NCBI GenBank assembly: GCA_964016885.1
Contig: OZ024743.1
Coordinates: 4,278,001-4,342,000, forward strand
Origin: Eledone cirrhosa
Lineage: Eukaryota
DNA length: 64,000 nt
Reading direction: 5' to 3'
The translations under genes were made by a program, and so were the position numbers. Below are positions 44,129-57,501 of this stretch, one piece after another (position 1 is the stretch's first letter; the number at the start of each line of letters is the position of its first letter). Under the pieces are notes generated by a model, which worked only from the letters and a program-made list of their open reading frames with translations, did no database searches and had not been told where the DNA came from.

Positions 44129-44939
44129 CTTCTTTGAGAAAACTGAATTTAGAGATCCACAGACATGGAACTGGTTGAGAAGAGGAGACCTCAAAAAGGC
44201 TACAGAAGGAATGATAATGGCTGCGCAGGAGCAGGCCCTCAAAACGAATTGGTTGATGCACCATATTTACAAGGAGGAGGCTAGCCTACTGTGCAGGATC
44301 TGTGGAGAGAGAGAGGAGACTGTGGCTCACATTGTGTCCGAGTGTAAACACCTAGCTCAGACCCACTATAAGGGATGGAGACACGATGTGATGGGCAGGG
44401 TGATCCCCTGGCACCTGTGCAAAGTAAACAATTTACCACGCTCTGAGAAATGGTATGAGCAAAGGCCGGAGGCGGTGATGGAGAACAATCAGGTGAAGGT
44501 GCTGTGGGATTTTAGGATACAGACGGACAAAAAACTGGAACACAATAGACCTGACCTGGTGGTTGAGGACAAAGAAAAAAGATCGTGTCTGATTGTGGAT
44601 GTGGCCTGCCCGTTCGACACGAGAGTGCAAGAGAAGGAGAGGGAGAAAATTAACCGATACCAGGAACTAAAGTGGGAGGTGAAAAGGATTTGGAACTGCC
44701 ATGAAGTCAAAGTGATCCCGATTGTCATAGGCGCACTGGGGACTATCTCCAAAAGTTTCCAGGGATGGTTAAAGAAAATCGGCCCCTTCACGCTTTTTGG
44801 AACGCTTCAAAAGGCATGCTTGCTTGGAACAGCAAGAACCCTCCGATACGTCCTGAATATCTGAGGCTGCAGGTAGTGGCTTGATATTCATTCCAACGGA
44901 CTTTCCAGTTAACCAACATCAATGACTGAGATTCAAGGA
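44125..44939 (+). mobile_element. R4/Dong-like family R1, 3' fragment
   Basis: Zinc knuckle and RLE; flanked by (AAT)n. Confidence 0.92.
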
Positions 44940-45210
44940 ATAATAATAATAATAATAATGATTTCTTTATTAACCACAAGGGTTTACATAAAGTAGACAT
45001 TAAGGACAGTGCAGGACAATGCAGGACGGTACAAATGGGCATTTCTGCGTGTAAAAAACAAAAACAGAGGATGTAACAAAAAAATAACAATGAAAAATTC
45101 CCCAATAGGGGGCAGACTTCGGAGGGACATTTGTGGAGAAAGCCCAGTAAAAAGCCACAATGACCCTGACCACCAAGGCAAGTGCCCTCTCCCAGTTTTC
45201 CACCTTTAAT

Positions 45211-48169
45211 TTACAGATATATACTCAGAGTAGGCCCATTCACTCGGGCCATTCTTGCTTCTCTCACCCATCTTTCAACAAAATGCTGGGAAGAGAGCAC
45301 TTCCCTCTCTACTCTGATTTTCCTTTTCAAATGAAATTTGAAAAAGTCAATCAGAGCATCACCGAAGAGGTAAGTGCTCGTCTTCAGCCCTTTCAAACGT
45401 GTCAACCATACTATCTCTTTCACCATGGCCACCAGGCAGATAAAAACTGCCTGCCCTTCCCGGCTAAAGGAGGAGGGCGGGGCAATCCTCACGATGGACT
45501 CAGATGATAGCCGGATCCGTCCTAAACGCGACAGCAGGTGTTCGACATAAACCCACAAGTCAGCAATTTTCGGACACTGGACGAGTGCGTGCAGGACGGT
45601 TTCGTCGCTCTGCGCGCTCTCGGACATGCCCGGCTGACGGCACCTCCATGCCTGTAGAGTTTATCCCGAAATGGCAAGGCTCCTCGGTAGCACTGCCAGG
45701 CCAGAGATTTCTGGAAGTTGTCCATAGGCCCTGGCCCGAAAGTTCTTCCGAAGAGATTGGCTAGTTGATTTTCGTCGACGCCTAGAGTTTCCCCAAGTAC
45801 GTCGTCGCTCTTCCCCTCCACTAATCCTCTATAGAACGCCGAGGTGGAGTTTCCACCGATCACATTGCCCGATTGGTCGAGGGCTGTGAGCGCCTGAAGA
45901 CATTCCAGTCTCCAGGCGCTCCCTCTCGGTCTTCGCTTGACCCAGGACTGCAGCTCCGTCAAGGAAACGAGCTGGGGAAAAACGCGTCTAGCAAACGGCG
46001 ACCACACCTGATCACCGTCGAGGAAGAGGTGGAGATGTCGTAGCCTCAGCGCGTGCCTGCGCATCATCAGCCACGGCATGCCCAGCCCTCCACGTAGCGG
46101 GTGTTGACAACAGATGGACCGCCTGACCATCGGAGCACGTCCCTTCCACAAAAAGCGAAAGAGCAAACGCTCCAGCGCAGTCAGGTGAGGCTTAGGACAA
46201 GGTACGACGGTTAGGCGGTAGCAGATGACAGACGCGATGTACGCGTTAGCCACCTCCGCTCGACCTTTCAGGGATAGCTTCCTCTCGGCCCATTTCTGGG
46301 TGAGAGAAGCCACCCTGCTCGTCACCTCGTCCCAGTTTTTGTCCGTCTGGAGGTCCGGACCGAACCAGACCCCTAGCAATTTAACCGGTCCGTCCGTCCA
46401 GCGCCCGACGACGCTGTTGGACGGCATGGACCTGCCTCTCCAGGTGCCGAGCTGCAGGCCCACCGACTTTTCCTGGTTGATCATTGCTCCTGTCACCGCT
46501 TCCTATTCTCTTAGTGTAGTGCCGATCGCCTCGATGTGTTTGGCGTTCGACACCACTACGGTGACATCGTCCGCATATGCTGACACGGATCTTCCACATC
46601 CTAGTTCGCGCGGGACTCCCCTCAACGTCTCCAGTTTGTGCAGTAATGGCTCGAGAGTCAATACGTACAAGAGGGACGAGAGGGGACATCATTGGCGGAC
46701 CGAGCGCATGATGTTGAACGGTTCCGAAAGGTGACCGTTCACTCTCACCACAGAGCAGATGTCGCTGTGCATGGCAGCGATCCAGCCTCTGAAGACGGGC
46801 CCAAAGCCAGCCGCCCTCAGGACTGCCGCTAGGTAACGATGGTCGACCCTATCGAAAGCTTTCGACTGATCTAAATTGATCAAGGACCCACCCGTGCCAG
46901 GTTCCTTAGCTACCCTCTCTATGATGTATCGCATGAGGTGGAGGTTGTCGTGGATGGATCTGTCGGGAATGGCGCATGTCTGCGCCTCTCCCACCAGACC
47001 ACCAACGACAAGCGCCAACCTCTTTGCTAGCACCTTGGCCAAAATCTTGAACTCTGTGTTTAGCAGAGTTATGGGCCGGAAATTGTCTATGTTATCCCCC
47101 TTGTTCGGATCCTTTCTCAGCAGTGCCACCGCTCCTCGGCTCACAGAACTGGGAATTCTCCCGTTCTGTTGCCAGTTGCAGTAGACGTCCGCCAAGAGGC
47201 CTCCGAACAAGTCTGGCATCTGTACGTAAAGTTCATAGGGCAGACCATCCAAACCAGACGATTTACCCCTTGTGCAGCCAGTCTTTGCCTCCCTTACTTC
47301 AGCGGCTGTTATCGGCTTTTCGCAACACTTCGCCTCAGTGGCCGAGAGCCGCGGCAGTCCGTCGAGGTAGACACTAAAGTCCATCCCTCTACCCGTCCCC
47401 CCGCTGCCCCCGAACAGCTGAGCGAAGTGTCGCTGAAAAGCTTCACACATTTGCCCGGGATCGAGTAGCATGCGCCCGTCGTGGTCCACCAAAGACCGGA
47501 TCGTGGCTTTGTTGCCACGACGCGCCTCCGCCACTCGGGCCCATTGAACGGCTTTCGTCCCCTCGTGTCTGAGAGCACGCACCCTAGCTCTGACAACGCA
47601 GCATTCTTACTAAACCTAATCGATAGGGACGAGAGGGGACATCCTTGGCGGACCGAGCGCCTGAGCAGGTTGGTGAGACTCTTGCACCCTCCTTCCCTAT
47701 CCACTAATCCCACACAATCCCAGCGTGCATCTAAGATCCCGTTCCAGTCGCCCACTAACACTAAAGAGCGGGACGTTCCAAGAAAGGTCTCCAGACGCCG
47801 GAAGAAATCAGGCCGCCCTGCTCCTGTCGGGGCATAGACGGCCACTAACCTGAAAGCTTGCCCGTCTCCGCTGGTCACGTCCAGCACCACCAACTTACCT
47901 TCTGGGTCCATGAAGATGGCCCGTATGGCGAGATCCAAACCTCTCCGAAAAAGCACAGCAACTCCTCCCCCCGATCCCGGACGGCTGGGAGATGCGTACA
48001 CATCGTAGCCGCCGAAGATCGGTGCGAAAGCCTGTGCTTCGGAGATTCTGGTCTCGCTGATGGCCACTACATCTATGTTTAGTGACCTGAGGTCGTTGAG
48101 CAGGTGGCCCTGCTTCCATGACGACCCCAAGCCACGCGCATTTATGTTGCCTATTCTGAGTGAGGTCAT
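45211..48169 (-). pseudogene. Tx1/L1-like ORF2 (AP endonuclease plus RT), internally deleted with stops and frameshifts
   Basis: NINARGL, ISETR, VYAP, GDWN; GLDGLPYE, NFRPITLLN, DQSKAFDRVDH, AYADD, GGLG; ETVLHALVQC. Confidence 0.9.
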
Positions 48170-48203
48170 GTTGAAAAGGAGTGGAAAAGATGGGAAAGAC
48201 CAC

Positions 48204-50057
48204 TTACCTTACTTCTCGTAGGGGAAGGACGGTTTTTCCATCCTTTTCACTGCTTGTGGCCTCCTCAGGAAGGATGTCCTTATAAATCCTCCTGGAGAGT
48301 GCTTGTCGGAAGTCTCCGATGTCTTTCGGGAATCTTTGTTTTAGTGTCATGTACGTTTTCTGTGTGATGCGAGTGATTTGTATGTGTGGAGGTGGTGTGA
48401 ATTTTGGGGTTGTTGTGTAGTCTTTTTCTGTGATGCTGGTGTTGTGTTGGGTGTAGTGTAATAATTGCTTGTTGTTCAAATTTAATGCTGTGTAGTGTGT
48501 ATCGTTTTGGTTGTTTTGTTTTGTTTGCGTTTGTTGTGGGTTTGTTTCTGTTTCGCATTTTGGTGACTTTTGTGGTGTAGGTGATGGTGGTGTTGGGGTT
48601 AATGATGGTGATGGTGTTGGTGTTTGGGTTGATGGGGTTGGTGATGCTGGTGTGGATGGTGGCATATCTGTCCTAACTTTTTTGTTTCTTAATTTATTTG
48701 TTTCCCTCTGTATTTTGTTTTTGGAGGGGGAAGGAAGAGAATTTTTTTCTTTTTTGGTTTCTTTTTTTTTTCCGGATATCGTTTCCCACTCCTCGTCGTC
48801 ACAATCTGTCTCCAGTTGTGATAGGCCGGGGAGTGGAAAATCCTCCACAGCCGTTAGTTTTGGTTGTGGCGTGGTGGATGGTGTAGGCGCTGGTGCTAGT
48901 TCTGAAGCGTTGGGTGGTGGTGGTGTTGGTTTTGCTGGTGGTGGTGGTGGTGGTGGTGTTGGTTTTGCTACCGTTGCTGGGGTTGTTGCTGTTATAGTTG
49001 CTTCTGTTGTTGCTGCTACAGTTGTTGCTGCCATCTCTGCTACTGGTGGTGTTGATGGTTGTGTCACTGGGGTGGGTAGGAGAGGTGGCCTCAACCTTTT
49101 AGCCTGAGGGCAGAAAGCCCTTAGGTGGGTTCCTTCACCACAAACGACACACCTAGGTCTTCTGCCCTCGACAATTACCGTGAGGTGGCTGCCGTCAGTG
49201 AGGTCTATTACCTCTGGGATCTCCTCAATGCTTTTTTGGTCCGCTTGGATCAGGAGCTCCATCTCAGATCCGGACCAGTTCTCCTGCCTTTCTTTTGCTA
49301 TTGCTATTATTTTCGTGTTGGCTTCGAAGCCGGCGAGGACAGCCGCTATTAGCCAGGGAATTTCGATGGCCGGTGGAACGTGGGTCACCCTGATCTTTAC
49401 GAGTCTCTGGCCACCATAGCTTGGGACGAGTGTGAAGTTGTCACTTCTTAATGGGGCCATGAAGTGTTCTCTAGCCTCCTCTGGTGTTTCAAAGAACACG
49501 TCCACGGTTCCATACTTTTGCCCACGTCTGATGTGGGTTTTTCTTGCCCACACATGTCCCAAAGCTTTTTGGATTTGGGACTCGGATGCCCGTTCCACTC
49601 GGCGCGATTTTACATTTATTGTTCTATACGACACGGTGCATAGGCGCCGATGCTCCATTTTATTAGGTGGGGGGGGGGTGAGGCTGACCCTGTACCCATC
49701 TTTCTTTACCATTTGTTTGGCATTTTCTAAATCCTCCTGAGTTACCTTAAATGCTTCGAACTGTTTTGCTACTCTGGCGAAACTGAGGGGGGGTTTTATA
49801 ATGTCATTGTTGTTGTTGTTGCTATCGTTAATATTAATTTTAGTTTCAGTTGTGGTGGTGGTGACGTCAGTCATCTTTGGTGGGGAAGAGTCCATTTTGC
49901 TTGATTTCATTTCGACATCACGAGTTAATTTATTTTTTTCTTCTTTTGTTTCTGTTGTCGCGGTGGTGGTGGTTGTCGCGGTGGTGGTGGTGGTGGTGGA
50001 GGCTTTAACACCTGCAGTCATTGGTAATGGCGGGAAATGAATGTCTGCCTGAGACAA
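48204..50057 (-). CDS. Tx1/L1-like ORF1 (gag-like, CCHC zinc knuckle, Pro/Thr-rich)
   Basis: Open 617-aa frame with CVVCGEGTHLRAFC, ending 34 nt upstream of ORF2. Confidence 0.8.
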   Translation of the reverse strand: MSQADIHFPPLPMTAGVKASTTTTTTATTTTTATTETKEEKNKLTRDVEMKSSKMDSSPPKMTDVTTTTTETKININDSNNNNNDIIKPPLSFARVAKQFEAFKVTQEDLENAKQMVKKDGYRVSLTPPPPNKMEHRRLCTVSYRTINVKSRRVERASESQIQKALGHVWARKTHIRRGQKYGTVDVFFETPEEAREHFMAPLRSDNFTLVPSYGGQRLVKIRVTHVPPAIEIPWLIAAVLAGFEANTKIIAIAKERQENWSGSEMELLIQADQKSIEEIPEVIDLTDGSHLTVIVEGRRPRCVVCGEGTHLRAFCPQAKRLRPPLLPTPVTQPSTPPVAEMAATTVAATTEATITATTPATVAKPTPPPPPPPAKPTPPPPNASELAPAPTPSTTPQPKLTAVEDFPLPGLSQLETDCDDEEWETISGKKKETKKEKNSLPSPSKNKIQRETNKLRNKKVRTDMPPSTPASPTPSTQTPTPSPSLTPTPPSPTPQKSPKCETETNPQQTQTKQNNQNDTHYTALNLNNKQLLHYTQHNTSITEKDYTTTPKFTPPPHIQITRITQKTYMTLKQRFPKDIGDFRQALSRRIYKDILPEEATSSEKDGKTVLPLREVR

Positions 50058-50398
50058 ATTAAAAATATTGCTAGTGCTTATATTTTTTTTGTGTTGGCAA
50101 ACGTAGTAACATTTACAATGGTGGTGTCGGTGTGAGGTGTTAATTTGTGAGGAAGGCTTTCAGCTGCTTCGTGCAGAGGTGAATTAGCCATTTTTTTCAA
50201 AGAAATTTTTTGATAATAATAAAAGTTTAAATTTTGGGCACAAGGCCCCAATCTTTTTGGGTGTCCTTTTCGGAAAACAATGTATGTGCGCTTATAAACT
50301 GTTAACAATAAAATTTTCCATAAATGACAATTTTTAACAAACGGAAATAACAAACCTTTGCGGAGCTCACGATGATACGATTTACTACGTAGGTCGCC

Positions 50399-50437
<39 letters not shown>

Positions 50438-50438
<1 letters not shown>

Positions 50439-51028
50439 GCACCTAGCCCAGACTCACTATAAGGGCTGGAGACATGATGTGATGGGCAGGGTATCCACTG
50501 GCACCTATGCAAAGTAAACAATTTACCACATTCTGAGAAGTGGTCTGAGCATAAGCCAGAGTCGGTGATAGAAAACGATCAGGTGAAGGTGCTGTGGGAT
50601 TTTAGGATACAGACGGACAAGAAACTGGAACACAATAGACCTGACCTGGTGGTTTTGGACAAAGAAAAAAGATCGTGTCTGATTGTGGATGTGGCCTGCC
50701 CATTCGACACGAGAGTGCAAGAGAAGGAGAGGGAGAAAATTAACCGATACCAGGACTTAAAGTGGGAGGTAAAAAGGATTTGGAACTGCCATGAAGTCAA
50801 AGTGATCCCGATTGTCATAGGCGCACTAGGTACTATCTCAAAAGGTTTCCAGGGATGGTTAAAGAAAATTGGCCCCTTCACGCTTTTTGGAACGCTTCAA
50901 AAGGTATGCTTGCTGGGAACAGCAAGAACCCTCCGATACGTCCTGAATATCTGAGGCTGCAGGTAGTGGCTTGATATTCATTTCAACAAACTTTCCAGTT
51001 AACTAACATCAATGACTGAGACTCAAAG

Positions 51029-51030
<2 letters not shown>
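50438..51030 (+). mobile_element. R4/Dong-like family R1, 3' fragment
   Basis: RLE domain ending RTLRYVLNI plus 3' UTR and (AAT)n. Confidence 0.92.
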
Positions 51031-51060
<30 letters not shown>

Positions 51061-51089
51061 CCCCTGTGTGCCTTGGGTATGAGCAGTGT

Positions 51090-52630
51090 AGTTTTCGCTG
51101 ATGTTGTTACCGGACGAACAGAAAGGATGCCGAAAGAAGTCCCGTGGTACAAAGGACCAGTTACTTATTGATAAGATGGTAATAAGGAATTGCAAGAGGA
51201 GAAACACTGGTCTTGCCATGGGATGGATAGACTACAAAAAGGCATTTGACATGGTGCCTCATTCTTGGATCACCAAAAGCCTAGAGATCTTCAAGGTGGC
51301 AGGTAATATCAGACAGTTGTTGGGCAAAAGTATGAAGTCCTGGAAAACAGAATTAACATCAGCTGGAGAATCCTTGGGAGGCGTGAAGATCAAGAGAGGT
51401 ATCTTCCAGGGAGATAGTCTGTCGCCTTTGTTGTTTGTCCTTGCCCTGATGCCCCTGACCATTATACTGCGAAAAGTGAGAGCAGGATACAAGTTGGGAA
51501 AGGGAGAGCTTACCATCAATCACCTCCTCTTCATGGACGATCTTAAGCTCTTCCGGAAGAATGAGAAGGAGTTGGATGTGCTTGTTGACACTGTCCGTAT
51601 TTTCAGCAATGATATATGTATGCAATTTGGTATTAGTAAGTATGGAGTCCTTGTGATGAAGAGGGGTAAATTGAGCAGAAGCAACTGAATCCAGGTACCA
51701 ACAGGTGAGATGATAAAGGAAATTGACACTGAAGAAGGATACAAGTATTTGGGTGTTCTGGAGGCTGATGACGTCAAGAACAAAAAAATGAAGGAATTAA
51801 TAAGATCTGAATACATTCGGAGAGTAAGGATCGTATTAAAGTCACAACTGAACAGTAGGAATGCCATAAGTGCAGTAAATTCCCGAGCTGTGTCTATTAT
51901 TAGGTACAGTGCGGGAATTCTGAGATGGAATGTTGCTGAACAAAAGGAAATGGATAGGAAGACTAGGAAGCTATTGACTATCTACTACATGTTCCACAAG
52001 AGGAGTGATGTCGATGACTCTACTTAAGGAGATATGAAGGTGTAAGAGGTCTTATCAGCATAGAGGACTGTGTTCAGATGGAGAAAAACAACCTACACAA
52101 ATACGTGACTGATAGTAAGGAGCCAATGCTCAGAATTGTACTGAAGGAGAGGACAATAGACCAGGGGATGTCCAAGGAGAAAGAGCAGCCTTCATGAAAA
52201 ATACCTTCATAGTACCTTCTTTGAGAAAACTGAATTCAGAGATCCACAGACATGGAACTGGTTGAAAAGAGGAGACCTCAAAAAGGCTACAGAAGGACTG
52301 TTAATGGCTGCGCAAGAGCAGGCCCTCAAAAGAAGTGGTTGAAACACCATATTTACAAGGAGGAGGCTAGCCCACTGTGCAGGATCTGTGGAGAGAGAGA
52401 GGAGACTGTGGCTCACATTGTATCCGAGTGTAAACACCTAGCCCAGACTCACTATAAGGGCTGGAGACATGATGTGATGGGCAGGGTGATCCACTGGCAC
52501 CTATGCAAAGTAAATAATTTACCACATTCTGAGAAGTGGTATGAGCATAAGCCAGAGTCGGTGATAGAAAACGATCAGGTGAAGGTGCTGTGGGATTTTA
52601 GGATACAGACGGACAAGAAACTGGAACACT
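51090..52630 (+). mobile_element. R4/Dong-like family R1, disrupted, 3' end missing
   Basis: [28 protein letters not shown]; stop at 51686-51688. Confidence 0.9.
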
Positions 52631-52639
52631 ATGTATTTT

Positions 52640-53165
52640 GAAAACTTGGGATATTCTGAAACTTTCCCCAGTAATATAAAACTTCTTGAAATGCAGCATA
52701 TCGCCAACAGACCGAATATAATTGTGAAGGATCATAAAGAAAAAACATGTTTCTTAACTGATTATGAGAATTCCACCTGCTAGTAATATCTCATCGGAAG
52801 ATTTCTGAAAGCTCTGTAAATATAAAAATCTGACTATTTGAATTCAAAAAATGTGGCATCTTAAAGACTGTGATTGTCGGTGCACTTACAATAAAAAAAG
52901 ATGGAACTGAAAATTATTTGGACCAGATACCCGGAAAGCCTTCTCTGCAAGAGATACAGAAAATAGTGCTGACTGGCAGTCTATGACTTGAGAAAGGCAT
53001 TATCAATTTGAATATCTTGTAAAGACTTTTACTGTGGTGTATACACTTGTGACATCATTTGTATGACAATTGATTGTAAAATGTGTGTACTACGAGTTTT
53101 GCTTCAGGTGTCAGACTGAGACTTGGAAAAATTTGGGGAAGAAGCAGAATACAAAGAAGTTTCAA
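52640..53165 (+). mobile_element. Decayed RLE 3' end of a further R4/Dong-like family
   Basis: Remnants resembling NRP.IIVKD, KL.KYK.L, KMWHL, IPG.P.LQEIQKIVL.G. Confidence 0.6.
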
Positions 53166-53169
53166 ATAA

Positions 53170-53571
53170 TAGTTTCTGATTTAGGCACATGGCCAACATC
53201 TTTGTTTAAGAGGGGGAATTGATTAAATGCCCCCAGTGCGTTACTGGTTAATAAAGGTTTCAGATTTAGGCACAAGGCCAGCAATTTTTGGAGGGAGGGG
53301 AAAGTCGATTAAATCGACGCCAGTCCGTTACTGGTACTTTATTTTATTGACCCCGTATATATTTTATCGACTCCGTGTAATAATTGTTTCTACTTTTGGC
53401 ACAAGGCCAGCAATTATCCCAGTGTATTACTGGTACTTTATTTTATCGACCCCGTAAGTATGAAAGGCAAAGTTAACCCCGGCGGGATTTGAACTCAGAA
53501 TGGAAAGGGCCGTAACTCTATGCGTCAAAGCATGCTGTTTGACCCTCTACCGATGCTGCCAATCCACCACC
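53170..53571 (-). mobile_element. SINE cluster: full copy 53385-53571 with TSD plus two partial tails
   Basis: Reverse complement of the 7776 family; tccgtgtaataat on both sides of the full copy. Confidence 0.85.
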
Positions 53572-56500
53572 ATATTCCGTGTAATAATAAAAACAATATT
53601 GATTTGTATCTACCTGATGACTAATGATGATGATAATAAGGATTGAAGATTTTAAGAGAATTGTACAAATTTTAAATGATGATTATCTGCTGACAGAGAT
53701 AACATAGCTCTATAGAATTAGACGTCCTGGCTATAAAAAAAACAACTAAAAGAACTAAGTGAAATATAAAGTCTGTTATTTATACGGCGGAATCTAAATA
53801 TCGACATCAAAGTCAAAGTTAACGGACAGCGATTATTAGTCGCCAGCGATTTTAGCAATTCTACTACACTTCCACTTGATAATGCATGGTCTACCACTCA
53901 ACCATTTATAGAGATATTCTTCCACAAGAAAATAAAAAAGAGATTTCCAATTTTAGCTTGTCTGTCTATGCCATATATATATTCAACTGAAATTTCCAAA
54001 TTATAAGTGCTTCCTGCCCCTCTTAACATTTACATCGTAATTAATGATGTAAATGAATTGATTAGAAGCACTTTTTTTTTTATATAGCACATCTACACCG
54101 AATGTTTTCTAAAGTATTGCAATACGTCAGTTGACTGACGTTTTTTTTTTTCGTTTTTGCGAAGAAAATAAAAATAAAGAGCGATATATATCTTCTTCTC
54201 TACTGCCATATATCACTTATTGTGAAGAGCATGTTCTTTGGCGTAAAACTAAAATCTACCCTGCATTCGTCACATACTTCAAATGTAAATATATGAGCTA
54301 TTTTAACATGTAAATAAAATAGACATAGTTCTACGACTAAATGATAAACAGAGAACCCAAATAATACGTCTTATACAAAATTTGTTCCTTGCCCAAGGAC
54401 TAGGAAAGCAATGTTGTTCACAAAAATGTTTTTACCATTACTCGAACTCCCTGTAATTCCCCTTGTCTATATCTGATAAAGTATAAAATGGAAAGTTAAA
54501 CTAAAGCCCATATTACTGTACTAATGTACGCTGCACTTCACTACTCTAAGAAGCAGGTACATAGTTTAAGGCCGACAATATAATTCAATTTATAGAAAAA
54601 CCTAACAAACGCGGTTCAAGGATACAGAGTGCCTGCCAAATATAGTATAGGGTTATAAGGAACCGGGGGGGGGGGGATCGTTGAAAACGATTCAAGACGA
54701 TAGAAAGGTGTGAAAAAAGGTTCTCGGCTTTGAAATAGTCGGACAAACAGCTAAAAGCTATAGGAATCTTTACAAACATAGTTCAAGATTAGAAAGCCTG
54801 GCACAAATAGAGTTCTATGACTGAGACTTCATACAAACGTTGATGAAAGCTATGTAATATCTGAAAAACATAATTCTAAGCTATATAAATGAAGACGAAC
54901 ATCTTCTAAGACTGGTGAACCGGGCTGATATAGTTTCTTGGCCAGTGAGTATCAGTAAAACATATTTAAAGTATATAAAAAGCAGGCTAACATAGTTTGA
55001 TTAAAAGAGTCTCTAACGTACCATTTTCAAACTTTAGTTTACTGTGTGACAAACCTATAAATTGTAGCTATCGCTGCATATGTAAGCTAATTAATTTTAA
55101 TTAAATACATTGCAGAGTTATAAAAGCTGTCATTTTGTTCATAGAATTCCAATGTGTATAGACAATAAGGAATTAACTAGATATTAATGTCCTCTCCTCG
55201 GCTCTCACATACATTATACTTAACTGATTTATGCACCTTATTAAACCAGATACACTGATTTATTTTCTATTCACAATTAAATTATAAAACCAAAATACAG
55301 CTTTTAGGACTTTTCAGTGTATATAATTAATTTTTATTACTTTGCACATATTGTGCTACCTGCAATCTATGGATTTGTCTTATAGTGTACTATAGTATAA
55401 AAAAACGAACCTTCAGAAGGCCGGGTAAATATAGTATATTATAGTATATGGCTATAGAAAATTGGCCAAATATATTTCTATGCCGGAGACTGCAGACCAA
55501 ACGGAGTTCATAACATTATAGCGCTAATCATAGTTAGAGATTGTTTGTTACATATAGTGCAAGGCCATTGTGAGAAAATATAGTTCTAGGTAAGAAAGGA
55601 CAGTAGAATACACATATCCTCACAAAATATCAAAACCAATCAGAAAGGGCTAAGCAACCATATGCAAAGATTATAATGTGTCTGATATATAGGTCGAGGT
55701 TATAGAATCAGATATCGGTTAAATTGTTTCGAACAGCTAGAGTTCGAGGCTAACTACTGTTCTAGGCCAGGACAAAATAAATTCAAGGTTTTATTCGTTT
55801 CGAAAACCGTCAATGTCGATTTTGGATTTAATCCATCCGCTGTCGACATAAGGACCATATTTGCTGGCCTTTTGCCTAAATTAAATATCGATATAAGTAC
55901 CACTCAAGTTGGATATGAATACTACCTTATTACCACCCCACTAGACTATTAAGTCGTACCTCTGAAGAATCATTATATAAAATGGCATCAGGCATGATAT
56001 CCACACTGGATCTGCACAATCGAGGTTATCCGTCCCTTAAACTTTGCTTACTTTTACCGATTATGGCCAAGTGTAGTTATTTTTATTGCTTTCCGAAGGT
56101 TACCAGACAACCACCAGAATTGTCACCTTCTTATTTCCACTGCTAATAATGTTAAAGTGTTTCTAAAAATGGCTAGTTTAGATAATGGATCAGAATGTCG
56201 TCATCAGAGAAGGAAGCCCATTTTCCAGCTGAGCCTCTACATATACTAACATTAGTTTCTTCACCGACCGACACAGTTGTCTCATCATTGTTAAAGAGGA
56301 AGTTTCTAATCTATCTCACCACCACCGCAATCACACACAAAAGCAACCAGGAGTGTCTTCTAACATGATAGTTTGCTTTCAGATACTACAGAAGATAACG
56401 AAACAAACAAAACGCAACAGGTACAAAAATGACAGTTATTACTAGAAAGACAACCTTGAAGCTAACAAACCTAACAATAACATCTGATCTCATGCTTTTG

Positions 56501-57450
56501 ATAACAAAATTAATTTCCGATACCATCAGAAGAAATGTAGAATACACATGCATCCTCACAAAATAACAAACATTTTAATTCCCCACTTGCTTGAAAGAGT
56601 TACGGGATGTTGTCTGTTAAATTTCAAGAGGAAGAAAACATGGAGATGTGGTCGTAAATTATTACAATGAGCAGGAACGTCATAGAGCATGCAATACAGT
56701 TTAAACCCTAATAAAATGATACCACTGTATATGAGACAAAGTACCGAAAAAGAGCTGATGACCTGCATGTAAACTCACATGGAGCAAGTCAAAGGAACCA
56801 TGCTATTCCTAGGGGAGATATGCCAGAACAATATGAGACATATATTGTAAGGATGGAGAAAACATTTATGACAGCGAATATCCAATACACTCTGGATATC
56901 TCAAAATATATAATGTTACTAAGTCACATAGGAAAGTGTGCTCAGAAAATGACCTCGAACTACGTACCACTCATTTAAAATAATGGCAATGAATGAAGAA
57001 TATGAGGAGATTGTAGCACTGAAATCCAGTTCTCAACGAAATTGTTCGATTTCGAGGGAGGCGAACAAAGGGGATTTGTGGTTAGGGATATGAAGAAAAA
57101 ATATTACACCTGCGATAAACAGATGACTTTACAGCTTTATGTTCTACAAGAAAGATAAAGAGAAGTAAACTACTCTTCATGCTGCTATCAACAACCCAAC
57201 TACAAAAGTATTAATAGCAGCATGAACTGTAATCACAAAGCTACAACAATCACAGTTGAAGAAGATCACAGGGAAAAACCAGCGAATTCACGTAAATATA
57301 GACTCGCAAGAACACCTCCAACCAATAAACGTGACACTTCTCGGTGCTAGAAATAAAGAGCAGAGTGTAAACCTCAGAGAAAAGTAGAAAGAGAACTGAA
57401 AAAGTGTGGACAAGTGAAGCTCAAGGTCTAAAACCTTGCGATCTCTCTCA

Positions 57451-57501
<51 letters not shown>

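Larger units (their letters stand above)
44960..50399 (-). mobile_element. Near full-length Tx1/L1-clade retrotransposon nested between (AAT)n tracts
   Basis: ORF1 with zinc knuckle followed by APE-RT ORF2 on the minus strand. Confidence 0.9.

Noticed and set aside
55900-57450. Possible very old LINE remnant
   Set aside because: Purine-rich, coding-like composition but no motif I could read confidently; needs an HMM search
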